This document shows, piece by piece, positions 10,853 to 19,922 of a stretch of DNA of 64,000 nucleotides. The stretch comes from an uncultured Clostridia bacterium (GTDB lineage Bacteria; Bacillota; Clostridia; Christensenellales; UBA1242). Location: the NCBI GenBank assembly GCA_945919375.1, contig CAMEJD010000008.1, forward strand, positions 1,970 through 65,969. Reading direction: 5' to 3'. The notes beneath the pieces were generated by a model. That model saw nothing but the letters and a program-made list of their open reading frames with translations. It was not told the origin of the DNA and searched no databases. Numbering within the stretch: position 1 is the stretch's first letter; each line of letters begins with the position of its first letter. The position numbers were made by a program, and so were the translations under genes.

Positions 10853-12171
10853 TATTCTATTTCCCCTTTAAATACACCATCATTATAACTCAAAATTTTA
10901 ACATTGTAAAACTTTCCACATTCAATATTATTATTGTCTTGAATCTCAAAAATAAAATCAACTTGTGGCGATTGATATTCGTCCCTGCCATAAAAGTTTC
11001 CGTTTGTTTCATCAAAATAATCAATAAGGACTTTTACAACTTGTCCAACTCTTGCATTATTCAAGTTGTCCGCAACTTCTTGTTGCACTTTTTCAATCTT
11101 TTTAAGTCTATGTTTTTTTATAAAGTTTGGTACTTGTCCTAGCATATAATAAGCTTTTGTTTTTTCTTCTCTATAAAATGGGAAAAATCCAACATTATTT
11201 AATTTTGACTCTTTTACAAAATTAACCAACTTTTTGAATTGATAATGCGTTTCCCCCGGGAATCCAACTATGTATGTTGACCTTATTGCAATATTTGGAT
11301 AATTTGTTTTTATCTTTGATATTAACTCACGCGTTTGTTTTTCATCACAATTTCTGTTCATATCTTTTAATATTTTGTTGTCAATATGTTGAAGTGGAAT
11401 GTCTAGGTATTTGCAAATTTTTGGATTGTTTTCAATAAACTCCAAAAGTTCATCAGTCACCATCTCTGGATAGCAATAATGCAACCTTATCCACTCAATA
11501 CCCTTTATTTTGCTCAATTTGTCCAACAACTCAATTAGACTATTTTTCTTGTACAAATCTTCGCCATATCTTGTTATATCCTGTGCAACAATAATAAGTT
11601 CCTTAACACCATTCCCAGCGAGTTCTTTTGCTTCCTTGATTAAATCATCCATTGGAACAGAACGATATCTTCCCCTTATTCTTGGAATTGTGCAGTATGC
11701 ACAACCATTGTTACACCCATCAGCAATTTTAAGATATGCATAATGGCTGTATGTTGTAAGCAACCTTTCGTTTCCGCGATACTTGTTTTTGTATTCGACA
11801 TTATATACGTCAAATATAACTGACAAAATTGTGTCATTATCTTTAATTTTTACAAATGCGTCAACTTCGGGAAATTCTTTTTTTATATCATCATAATATC
11901 TTTCAGTTAAACAACCTGTTACAATAACTTTTTCGCACTTTAATTTCTTTTGATTTATTGCAATCAAGATATTGTCAATTGCTTCCTTGACAGCGGGTGC
12001 AATAAAGGAACAGGTATTGACGATAATAATTTCTGCTTCATTTATATCGTCAATAACTGTAAAACCATAATCTCTAATTTTCCCTAACATATGCTCCAAG
12101 TCGACTCTGTTTTTGTCACAGCCCAAACTTATTGCACTTACTTTTTTTTCTAAGAGTTCTTTTTCTTCCAT
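10852..12171 (-). CDS. rimO: Ribosomal protein S12 methylthiotransferase RimO
   Basis: SLGCDKNRVD, CNNGCAYC, C-terminal TRAM with SPQVD; ftsK-rimO-pgsA synteny. Confidence 0.93.
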   Translation of the reverse strand: MEEKELLEKKVSAISLGCDKNRVDLEHMLGKIRDYGFTVIDDINEAEIIIVNTCSFIAPAVKEAIDNILIAINQKKLKCEKVIVTGCLTERYYDDIKKEFPEVDAFVKIKDNDTILSVIFDVYNVEYKNKYRGNERLLTTYSHYAYLKIADGCNNGCAYCTIPRIRGRYRSVPMDDLIKEAKELAGNGVKELIIVAQDITRYGEDLYKKNSLIELLDKLSKIKGIEWIRLHYCYPEMVTDELLEFIENNPKICKYLDIPLQHIDNKILKDMNRNCDEKQTRELISKIKTNYPNIAIRSTYIVGFPGETHYQFKKLVNFVKESKLNNVGFFPFYREEKTKAYYMLGQVPNFIKKHRLKKIEKVQQEVADNLNNARVGQVVKVLIDYFDETNGNFYGRDEYQSPQVDFIFEIQDNNNIECGKFYNVKILSYNDGVFKGEIE

Positions 12172-14882
12172 TAGTCATCACCATATAGCTCTTCATATTC
12201 TTCCATTGTAATTAAAACTGCCCTTGGTTTGCTACCATCTGCTGGAGATATAAAGCCTTTTTCTTGCATTTGGTCAACAATTCTTGCCGCTCTTGGATAA
12301 CCAATAACCAAACGTCTTTGTAACATTGAAATTGATGCTTGCCCATTTTCTATCACACATTTTACTGCTTGTGGAAGCAATGGGTCGGTTCCACCTTCGC
12401 CCGATGTTTCGCCATTATTTTGACTGAACACATCTTGTTTTTGTGGGTTTTGGATAAAGTCTTCAACACTAGCATCAAAATCATATTCACTATTTTTTTC
12501 TTTAACAAAATCAACAATGTTTCCTACTTCTTGTGTTGTAACAAAACATCCTTGAATTCTACGAGGTTCTGGTGCATCATTTGGCTTATATAACATATCG
12601 CCACGACCAAGCAATTTTTCTGCACCGGCTTGATCCAAAATTGTTTTACTATCAGCAAAACTCATAAGTTTAAATGAAATTCTTGATGGGAAGTTGTTTT
12701 TCATTGTACCTGTAATAACATCAACAGATGGTCTTTGTGTTGCAAGAATCAAGTGAATACCTGCCGCTCTTGATTTTTGAGCAAGACGAGCAATTTTTTC
12801 TTCAACTTCTTTCTTTGACGTCATAAACAAATCTGCAACTTCATCTATAATTATTACAATATAAGGCATCTTGTCAACTTTACCTTCTAAAACATCACTG
12901 CTTGAGTTATATTCGCCAATATCCTTTGTTCGTGAATTTCTAAACATTGTGTAACGTCTTTCCATCTCATCAACTGCCCAAGTTAGCGAGTTTAACGCTT
13001 TATCACTTTCAGTAATGACATTTGGAACTAATAAATGTGGTAAGCCATTATATATCGAAAATTCGACTTGTTTTGGGTCAATTAAGATAAGTCTTACATC
13101 ATCTGGTGATGTCTTGTATATCAAACTCAAAATAACAGCATTAAGACAAACAGACTTACCACTGCCCGTTGAACCTGCAACAAGCAAGTGTGGCATTTTT
13201 GCCAAATTACATAACTTTACACTTCCAGTAATATCTTTACCCAAAACAAAAGTTAATGGGTTCTTTGAGTTTTGGAATTCTGGAGAAACAATCATATCTC
13301 TAAGTCCAACTGTTGCAATTTTTTCATTTGGGACTTCAATACCAACTGCACTTTTACCCGGAATTGGTGCTTCAATACGAATATCTCCATTTGCAGCCAA
13401 ATTGTAAGCAATGTCTTCGGTGTGTGAAAAAATTTTCTTTACCGAAACACCTGCTGGCATCTCAATTTCATATCTTGTTACAGCCGGTCCTACAACGGCA
13501 TTTACAACCTTAGCAGGTATACCAAACTGCTCCAAAGACTCTTCAAGTTGAGTTCTTTTTTGCATAACATCTTCGTTTAGTTCACTTAAGTCCATTGATT
13601 TTGTTGTAAGCAAATCAAAGGTAGGATAAACATATTTAAGATGCTTTTTAGGTTTTATTATTTCTTTTTCCGGTTCTTTTATTTGTTGTTGCTCAACTTT
13701 TGGTTTTACAAATGTATGTTGTTTGTCTTCCACACTACTATTGACAGACTTTTCTTCTTTTGTTGAATTTGATAATTCTTTTAAAATTTTGTCATAACCA
13801 ATATCTGCCGTGTCGGATTCATTATTTGTGAAAGCTCTATCATTACTTTCACCTTCTATTACCTTATTTATTTGATTATCAACAATTGGTGCAATAAATA
13901 TTTTGTTTCTGTCAACAATTGTGTCGTCATTATCACCAATATCTTCGCCTTCATGTAAAACGACATCTGGTTGTTTTGATAGAACTGGGTGTATAATTGG
14001 GTCGCTAATTTTTGTTTCACTAATTACATTTCTCATTGTAGGAGTAAGTGTAGGTTTTTGCCCCTTGTATTTATCCATATTAACAGTTTCATTTTTTTGA
14101 GTTAAAAGATATGCTTTAAGTGAAGCAGCATCTGAAAACTTTGGTTTTTGTTCTGACTGTTGTTCTTCAGAAATATAATTTGACTTGATTAGTCCAAGTT
14201 TTCTTCTTGCAACATCTTCTTCCGGTTCATTTTCTACTTTTGCATCAAGCACAATATTAACTTTTTCTTTTGGTTGTTCTTTTTCAATTTCTTTTTCTCT
14301 TTTTGGCAACAAAACAGGCTCAACCGAAGGCACAATATTGGTTATTGTTATTGGTTTTTTAAGAATTTGTGACCTATTCAAATAATAAATATAGTCAGCA
14401 AGCAAAGCCCCAAAAATAATGAGTGAAATACTGAACAAAATATATGCACCTGCTTTGTTTAGAATGAACACAATTGGCGCAGTAAGTATTCCACACATAA
14501 TCCCACCAACTGTCATTTTTTGAGCATAGCATCTTCCCAAATATTCAAAAAATTTGCCACTTGTATCAATAAACAAAAGGTGTAAAATACATAAAAGCGA
14601 CAAAATTGCACAAGACAAATATACTATATATTTTGTTGTCATAACATATTTTTTGTTGTTAATAAGTGCAACACCTACAACAAATGCCGTTATAAAAAGT
14701 GGATATGAAAAAAGTCCAAACACACCCAACAAAAATGATTTTAAAAAAGGTATTATATTTGTAAGCAAAATAAAGAATACCACTGTTGAAACTGCGACAA
14801 GTGTTATTCCTGTTATTTTGTTTTTTTCCCTCTGCGATTTTTTTGCTTTCTTTGGTTCATTAGACAAATTATAAACTGCCAC
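12171..14882 (-). CDS. ftsK: DNA translocase FtsK/SpoIIIE
   Basis: N-terminal TM helices, long linker, HLLVAGSTGSGKS, ATQRPS, gamma domain (ASISMLQRRL). Confidence 0.96.
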   Translation of the reverse strand: MAVYNLSNEPKKAKKSQREKNKITGITLVAVSTVVFFILLTNIIPFLKSFLLGVFGLFSYPLFITAFVVGVALINNKKYVMTTKYIVYLSCAILSLLCILHLLFIDTSGKFFEYLGRCYAQKMTVGGIMCGILTAPIVFILNKAGAYILFSISLIIFGALLADYIYYLNRSQILKKPITITNIVPSVEPVLLPKREKEIEKEQPKEKVNIVLDAKVENEPEEDVARRKLGLIKSNYISEEQQSEQKPKFSDAASLKAYLLTQKNETVNMDKYKGQKPTLTPTMRNVISETKISDPIIHPVLSKQPDVVLHEGEDIGDNDDTIVDRNKIFIAPIVDNQINKVIEGESNDRAFTNNESDTADIGYDKILKELSNSTKEEKSVNSSVEDKQHTFVKPKVEQQQIKEPEKEIIKPKKHLKYVYPTFDLLTTKSMDLSELNEDVMQKRTQLEESLEQFGIPAKVVNAVVGPAVTRYEIEMPAGVSVKKIFSHTEDIAYNLAANGDIRIEAPIPGKSAVGIEVPNEKIATVGLRDMIVSPEFQNSKNPLTFVLGKDITGSVKLCNLAKMPHLLVAGSTGSGKSVCLNAVILSLIYKTSPDDVRLILIDPKQVEFSIYNGLPHLLVPNVITESDKALNSLTWAVDEMERRYTMFRNSRTKDIGEYNSSSDVLEGKVDKMPYIVIIIDEVADLFMTSKKEVEEKIARLAQKSRAAGIHLILATQRPSVDVITGTMKNNFPSRISFKLMSFADSKTILDQAGAEKLLGRGDMLYKPNDAPEPRRIQGCFVTTQEVGNIVDFVKEKNSEYDFDASVEDFIQNPQKQDVFSQNNGETSGEGGTDPLLPQAVKCVIENGQASISMLQRRLVIGYPRAARIVDQMQEKGFISPADGSKPRAVLITMEEYEELYGDD

Positions 14883-14946
14883 TTTTCACCTCTTGAATTA
14901 TCTACATAATACTATACCACTATTCAAGACAAATTCCAAGTGTTGT

Positions 14947-15660
14947 TTATAAAATATTTTCACAAACTGTTGTCAAATTATATCCTTCTTTTTGGTAAAA
15001 TTTTATCACTTTACCCAATATTTTACATGTTGAAAGTGTTGGATGCATTAAAATCAAATCGCCATTTTGAGGATTCTTTATTGCTCTTTGATAAAGTACA
15101 TTTACATCGGTATCTCGCCAGTCTATTGTGTCTTTTGTCCACATTATTGTTTTATATCCCATACTCTCGGCAATCGTTAAAGTATTTTGACCAAATGAAC
15201 CACTGGGTGGAGCAAAAAGTTTGATATCATAATCAAACAATTCCTTCACTATCTTATGTGTCAACTCCATTTCAGTTTTATTTTGCTCCAAAGTTAACCT
15301 TTTATGGTCTTTGTGAAAATAGCCATGATTACCAATTTCATTCCCATTATCTATTATTTTTTGAACTACTTCACTATTTTTTACAACCCAACATCCACCA
15401 ACAAAAAATGTTGCTTTTGCATTGCATTCTTGTAAGGTTTTAAGAATGCTATCAATATATTCTGTTCCCATATAAACATTTATCATTATTGAAATATTGT
15501 TATTATTTTTATTTCCATGATAATATGGAGAATAATTATTTGAACTAAAAACCGGTAAAACCCCACCTACATAAGTAAGTGATAACAAAATTGCAAACAT
15601 ACAAATAATTACACCATTTGCTATATATTTTCTAAATTTTTTCTCTGATAATCTTTTCAT
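14947..15660 (-). CDS. YlxY-like polysaccharide deacetylase family (NodB) protein
   Basis: ATFFVGG, EIGNHGYFH, FAPPSG, ILMHPT; downstream of pnp as usual. Start set at the ATG of MKRLS. Confidence 0.85.
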   Translation of the reverse strand: MKRLSEKKFRKYIANGVIICMFAILLSLTYVGGVLPVFSSNNYSPYYHGNKNNNNISIMINVYMGTEYIDSILKTLQECNAKATFFVGGCWVVKNSEVVQKIIDNGNEIGNHGYFHKDHKRLTLEQNKTEMELTHKIVKELFDYDIKLFAPPSGSFGQNTLTIAESMGYKTIMWTKDTIDWRDTDVNVLYQRAIKNPQNGDLILMHPTLSTCKILGKVIKFYQKEGYNLTTVCENIL

Positions 15661-15714
15661 AGCATAATATATGCAAATTGGTAAAGAAAAAATGTTAATA
15701 TTTGCAAATTTACA

Positions 15715-15750
15715 ACAAAAAAACACGCTCAATTGCGTGCGTGTTTTTGT
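15715..15750. terminator. Intrinsic terminator-like hairpin
   Basis: aaaacacgc...gcgtgtttt with A/T tails, immediately after the LRR remnant stop. Confidence 0.6.
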
Positions 15751-15879
15751 TTAACTTATCGTTATTGTTCCATCAGTACAAACAACTTTTACTCCTACAT
15801 TTATACCATCCGGAACATCCCTTGTAATAGCATTCCATTGTGCCTGTGTTCCATTATAGTTAATTGTTGTCAATTTATT
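15751..15879 (-). pseudogene. Remnant C-terminal cap of a BspA-type LRR protein
   Basis: Translates to NKLTTINYNGTQAQWNAITRDVPDGINVGVKVVCTDGTITIS*; preceded in frame by TGA (15880-15882). Confidence 0.7.
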
Positions 15880-15978
15880 TCAGCAGAGCAAAATTAACGA
15901 TAACCCAAAATGCTATTTTCAAATCCAACATAAGTAATATAAAAAAAGAAGTAAATCATTAAGATTTACTTCAATATT

Positions 15979-18069
15979 CTAACATTTTGCAACAAGTTTG
16001 AAGTCTACTCTGCCTTTGTCGTCAACTTTGATTACTTCGACTTGAACCATATCTCCAACTTTTACAACATCTTCAACTTTTTCAACTCTCTTGTCGCTAA
16101 GTTTTGAGATATGAATCATACCTTCTTTACCTTGAGAAACTTCTACAAATGCACCGAAATTCATTATTCTTACAACTTTGCCTGAATAGATTTTCCCAAC
16201 TTCAAATTCGTCAACAATATTCAAAATTATTTCTTTTGCCCTTTCTGCCATTTCTTGATTTGCTGTTGCGATAAATACTCTACCATTGTCATCAATATCA
16301 ATTTTAACACCAGTTTCGTCAATAATCTTGTTGATTGTTGCACCTTGCTTTCCAATAACATCACCGATTTTTTCTGGTTTGATGTTAAAGGTGATAATTT
16401 TTGGAGCATATTTGCTAAGTTCTGCTCTTGGTTTTGCAATAATAGAAAGCATTTTATCCATAATAAAGATTCTACCTTGTCTTGCTTGTTCAAGTGCCGT
16501 TGTGAGTATTTGTTTGTCAATCCCTTTGATTTTTATATCCATTTGAATTGCTGTAATACCCTTGGTTGTCCCTGTAACCTTAAAGTCCATATCTCCAAGG
16601 AAATCTTCCATTCCTTGAATATCACTTAGTACTGCAACTTTGTGAGTTGTTGGGTCTTTGATAAGTCCCATTGCGATTCCTGCAACTGGAGCTTTGATTG
16701 GGACACCTGCATCCATAAGAGCAAGAGTTGAACCACAAGTAGATGCCATTGATGATGAACCATTTGATGAAAGGACTTCACTTACAAGTCTTATGGCATA
16801 TGGAAATTCCTCTTCACTTGGTATAACCGGAAGAAGTGCTCTTTCTGCAAGTGCACCATGTCCTATTTCCCTTCTGCCCGGACTTTTTAATGGTCTTGCT
16901 TCGCCTGTTGCATATGGTGGCATATTATAGTGGTGAATATATCTCTTAACTTCTTCATCTTCATCAAGAACTTCAATTTCTTGAGCATCGGAAATTGGTC
17001 CAAGTGTGCAAGTTGTCAAAACTTGAGTTTGCCCACGAGTGAACACACCTGTTCCATGAACTCTTGGAAGAACACCAACTTCACACCAAATTGGTCTAAT
17101 TTCGGTTAATTTTCTTCCATCTGGACGTATTCCGTCATTTAATATTTTACCCCTTACAATTTCTTTTGTTAGTTTGTATAAAACATCACCGATTTCTCTT
17201 TCTCTATCAGGGAAAATATCTGCAAAGTGTGCCTTTACATCTGTGTCAACTTCTTCTTGGTTTTGTTGTCTTGTTTGTCTATCAAAAGTGTCAAGAGCCT
17301 TTACTAACTTATCATAAGCATATTCTCTAACTGCTTTTTCAACATCTTCTTTTGGGAGATAACTAACATAACTTGCAACCGGCTTACCAATTTCTTCTTT
17401 CATTTTTAATTGGAAAGCAACTTGCTTTTTGATTTCTTCGTGAGCAAACATAATTGCATCAAGCATTACATCTTCACTAACTTCGTTTGCACCTGCTTCA
17501 ACCATTAAGATTGCTTCATTTGTTCCACTTACTGTCAAGTGCATTGAACTTTTTTCTCTTTCTTCTTCTGTTGCGTTTACTATAAATTTCCCATCTACGC
17601 AAGATACAAGACAGGAACCCGTTGGGCCTTGAAAAGGTATATCACTTATAGTTAAAGCGATACTTGAACCAAGCATTGCAAGTGGTTCAATAGCAACATC
17701 CGGGTCAACCGAAAGTGCTGTTGCAACAACTGCAACATCATTAAAAAATCCCTTTGGGAAAAGTGGACGAAGTGGGCGATCAATCAGTCTTGAAACTAAT
17801 ATTGCCTTGTCGGCAGGCCTTCCTTCTCTCTTTTTATATCCACCAGGGATTTTCCCTACTGAATACATTTTCTCTTCAAAATCAACACCAAGTGGGAAAA
17901 AGTCAATACCTTCTCTTGCTTCTTTTGCCATTGTTACATTTACCATAACAACGGTTTCACCGCATCTAACGATGCAAGAACCATTCGCTTGTTCACAATA
18001 CTTGCCTGTTTCAACAGTTACTTTTTTGCCGCCAATTTCTGTTTCGTATACTTTTGCTATATTACTCAT
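15979..18069 (-). CDS. pnp: Polyribonucleotide nucleotidyltransferase
   Basis: FFPLGVDFEEK, SNGSSSMA, GDMDFKVTG, KH and S1 domains. Confidence 0.98.
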   Translation of the reverse strand: MSNIAKVYETEIGGKKVTVETGKYCEQANGSCIVRCGETVVMVNVTMAKEAREGIDFFPLGVDFEEKMYSVGKIPGGYKKREGRPADKAILVSRLIDRPLRPLFPKGFFNDVAVVATALSVDPDVAIEPLAMLGSSIALTISDIPFQGPTGSCLVSCVDGKFIVNATEEEREKSSMHLTVSGTNEAILMVEAGANEVSEDVMLDAIMFAHEEIKKQVAFQLKMKEEIGKPVASYVSYLPKEDVEKAVREYAYDKLVKALDTFDRQTRQQNQEEVDTDVKAHFADIFPDREREIGDVLYKLTKEIVRGKILNDGIRPDGRKLTEIRPIWCEVGVLPRVHGTGVFTRGQTQVLTTCTLGPISDAQEIEVLDEDEEVKRYIHHYNMPPYATGEARPLKSPGRREIGHGALAERALLPVIPSEEEFPYAIRLVSEVLSSNGSSSMASTCGSTLALMDAGVPIKAPVAGIAMGLIKDPTTHKVAVLSDIQGMEDFLGDMDFKVTGTTKGITAIQMDIKIKGIDKQILTTALEQARQGRIFIMDKMLSIIAKPRAELSKYAPKIITFNIKPEKIGDVIGKQGATINKIIDETGVKIDIDDNGRVFIATANQEMAERAKEIILNIVDEFEVGKIYSGKVVRIMNFGAFVEVSQGKEGMIHISKLSDKRVEKVEDVVKVGDMVQVEVIKVDDKGRVDFKLVAKC

Positions 18070-18092
18070 TTTTACCTCTTTTATAAAAAATA

Positions 18093-18120
18093 TGGGAGCA
18101 ATAAATAATTGCCCCCTTTT
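18093..18120 (-). terminator. Hairpin between rpsO and pnp
   Basis: gggagcaat-aaata-attgccccc stem just after the rpsO stop. Confidence 0.55.
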
Positions 18121-18124
18121 AAAA

Positions 18125-18385
18125 TTATCTTAAATTTAATTCTTTTTTCAAAGCACGGAAAGCGTCAAGATCAGTTTTTTCAAGGTATGATAAGAAACCT
18201 TTTCTCTTTCCAACAAGTTTCAAAAGACCACGTCTTGAGTGATTATCTTTTGGGTTTACTTTTAAGTGTTCTGTAAGTTCATTGATTCTTTCTGTAAGCA
18301 ATGCGATTTGAACTTGAGCAGATCCTGTGTCATTTTTGCTTTGAGCAAACTTTTCAATAATTTCTTGTTTTCTTTCTTTTGTCAT
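18125..18385 (-). CDS. rpsO: 30S ribosomal protein S15
   Basis: [31 protein letters not shown]. True start is MTKERK, with an AGGAGG RBS. Confidence 0.98.
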   Translation of the reverse strand: MTKERKQEIIEKFAQSKNDTGSAQVQIALLTERINELTEHLKVNPKDNHSRRGLLKLVGKRKGFLSYLEKTDLDAFRALKKELNLR

Positions 18386-18399
18386 AATTTCCTCCTTAA

Positions 18400-18472
18400 A
18401 ATAGTTACGCCAAAAAACGAAGAATACCGTTAGAGGACTCGAATACCTGCGTCTTTGGACAATACCGTTTTT
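18400..18472 (-). promoter_or_regulatory. Probable S15 autoregulatory mRNA leader
   Basis: Relatively GC-rich 5' UTR. On the minus strand ccaaagacg can pair with cgttttttgg, enclosing further short helices. rpsO leaders are known in Firmicutes. Confidence 0.55.
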
Positions 18473-18509
18473 TATTTTATCATACAAAACATTACTTGTC
18501 TAGTATTTA

Positions 18510-19922
18510 TTAAAATAATTCTTGTTTTTTCTTTATTATTTCATCAATTCTTGAGATATATTCCCTAATATCCTTTACGTTCGCAAGTCTTTCTATTCTA
18601 TTGTCTATGCTATAAACCTTTTTGGAGATTGCATTTGCTCCACAAGCAAGTATTGATGTTGTTTCTTCCATACTGTCAACATTAAAAATACAAAGTCTAT
18701 CCTTATAATATCCAACATTTTCTTGTTCGGCAAGTTGATTCTTTTGCCTATACAAGTAATAAGGTTTATATCCGTTTTGTTGAAGTGTTGTTGTTGCATA
18801 ACTAACCATTTTTTCAATCGTATCATCGTCAGTGCTTTTTTCACCACTTATAGTTAAGTTTGAGCCGTTTTTTCTTGATAGTGTGTGAATTGTAATATTT
18901 TCAGGAGCGAGTTCTAGCACTGTTTGAATGCTATGTTTAAAGGTTCGAAGCGTTTCACCACTAAGCCCTGCAATAAGGTCCATATTTACATCAAAGCCAT
19001 ATGGCAATGCAAGTTTATATGCATTGATAACATCCTTTACGGTATGCTTTCTTCCAATTCTTTTTAATGTTGCATCACAAAATGTTTGCGGGTTAATGCT
19101 AATTCTTGTTACGCCATGTTCTTTTAGTACTTTCAGCTTTTCATCTGTTATTGTGTCAGGTCGTCCGCACTCAACCGTAAACTCATTTACTGGGTAATTT
19201 ATATTGCCTAGCAAATAGTCAAGTTCTTGTGCAGTCAAAACAGTTGGCGTTCCCCCACCAATATATATTGTTCTTATAATGTACGCATTATCATTGATGA
19301 TTTTTTTTGTTGCATTGATTTCTTTTACTAAACATTCCAAATATTTGGGCATAAGTTCTCGAACTCTATCAATTTCAGAAGAAATGAACGAACAATAATT
19401 GCATCTTGTTGGACAAAATGGAATATTTATATATAAGTCAACCAACTTATCATTTCTAATAATACATTTTTGATTTCTTATTACATTTGAAACAAGCATT
19501 GCTTTTTCTCTTGAAACCAAAAAATTCTCCATAAGGGCTTCTGTTAACATATATGGGTCAACACCTTGGTTTAGCAAGTCATAACCTATTTTTGTTGGTC
19601 TTATTCCAGTAAGAGAACCCCATGGCATATTCTTGTTAAAGTGTGAAGAAAAAAGCTTGTATAATGTTAATTTTGCAAATCTTTTTAGTTGTCTTTGGTC
19701 TTCCAAAGCATCATTCGTTGGTTTGAACTCTTTTTTTTCTGTCAAACTAAATATGTCGTCACCATTTTTTACAGTGAACTCATTTGTTATTATATTTTTG
19801 TCAGTCGTCATTTTGTGAGTAACAAAAGGTTCACTATCGTTCAATTTCTCATCAGGATAAAATAGATGACATACATTAAATATTTCGTTTGATATTTTTT
19901 CATAATTTGTTGTAATTTTCAT
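18510..19922 (-). CDS. hemZ: Radical SAM protein HemZ (coproporphyrinogen dehydrogenase-like)
   Basis: PWGSLTGIRPTK, CPTRCNYC, YIGGGTPT, PYYLYRQKN. Confidence 0.92.
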   Translation of the reverse strand: MKITTNYEKISNEIFNVCHLFYPDEKLNDSEPFVTHKMTTDKNIITNEFTVKNGDDIFSLTEKKEFKPTNDALEDQRQLKRFAKLTLYKLFSSHFNKNMPWGSLTGIRPTKIGYDLLNQGVDPYMLTEALMENFLVSREKAMLVSNVIRNQKCIIRNDKLVDLYINIPFCPTRCNYCSFISSEIDRVRELMPKYLECLVKEINATKKIINDNAYIIRTIYIGGGTPTVLTAQELDYLLGNINYPVNEFTVECGRPDTITDEKLKVLKEHGVTRISINPQTFCDATLKRIGRKHTVKDVINAYKLALPYGFDVNMDLIAGLSGETLRTFKHSIQTVLELAPENITIHTLSRKNGSNLTISGEKSTDDDTIEKMVSYATTTLQQNGYKPYYLYRQKNQLAEQENVGYYKDRLCIFNVDSMEETTSILACGANAISKKVYSIDNRIERLANVKDIREYISRIDEIIKKKQELF

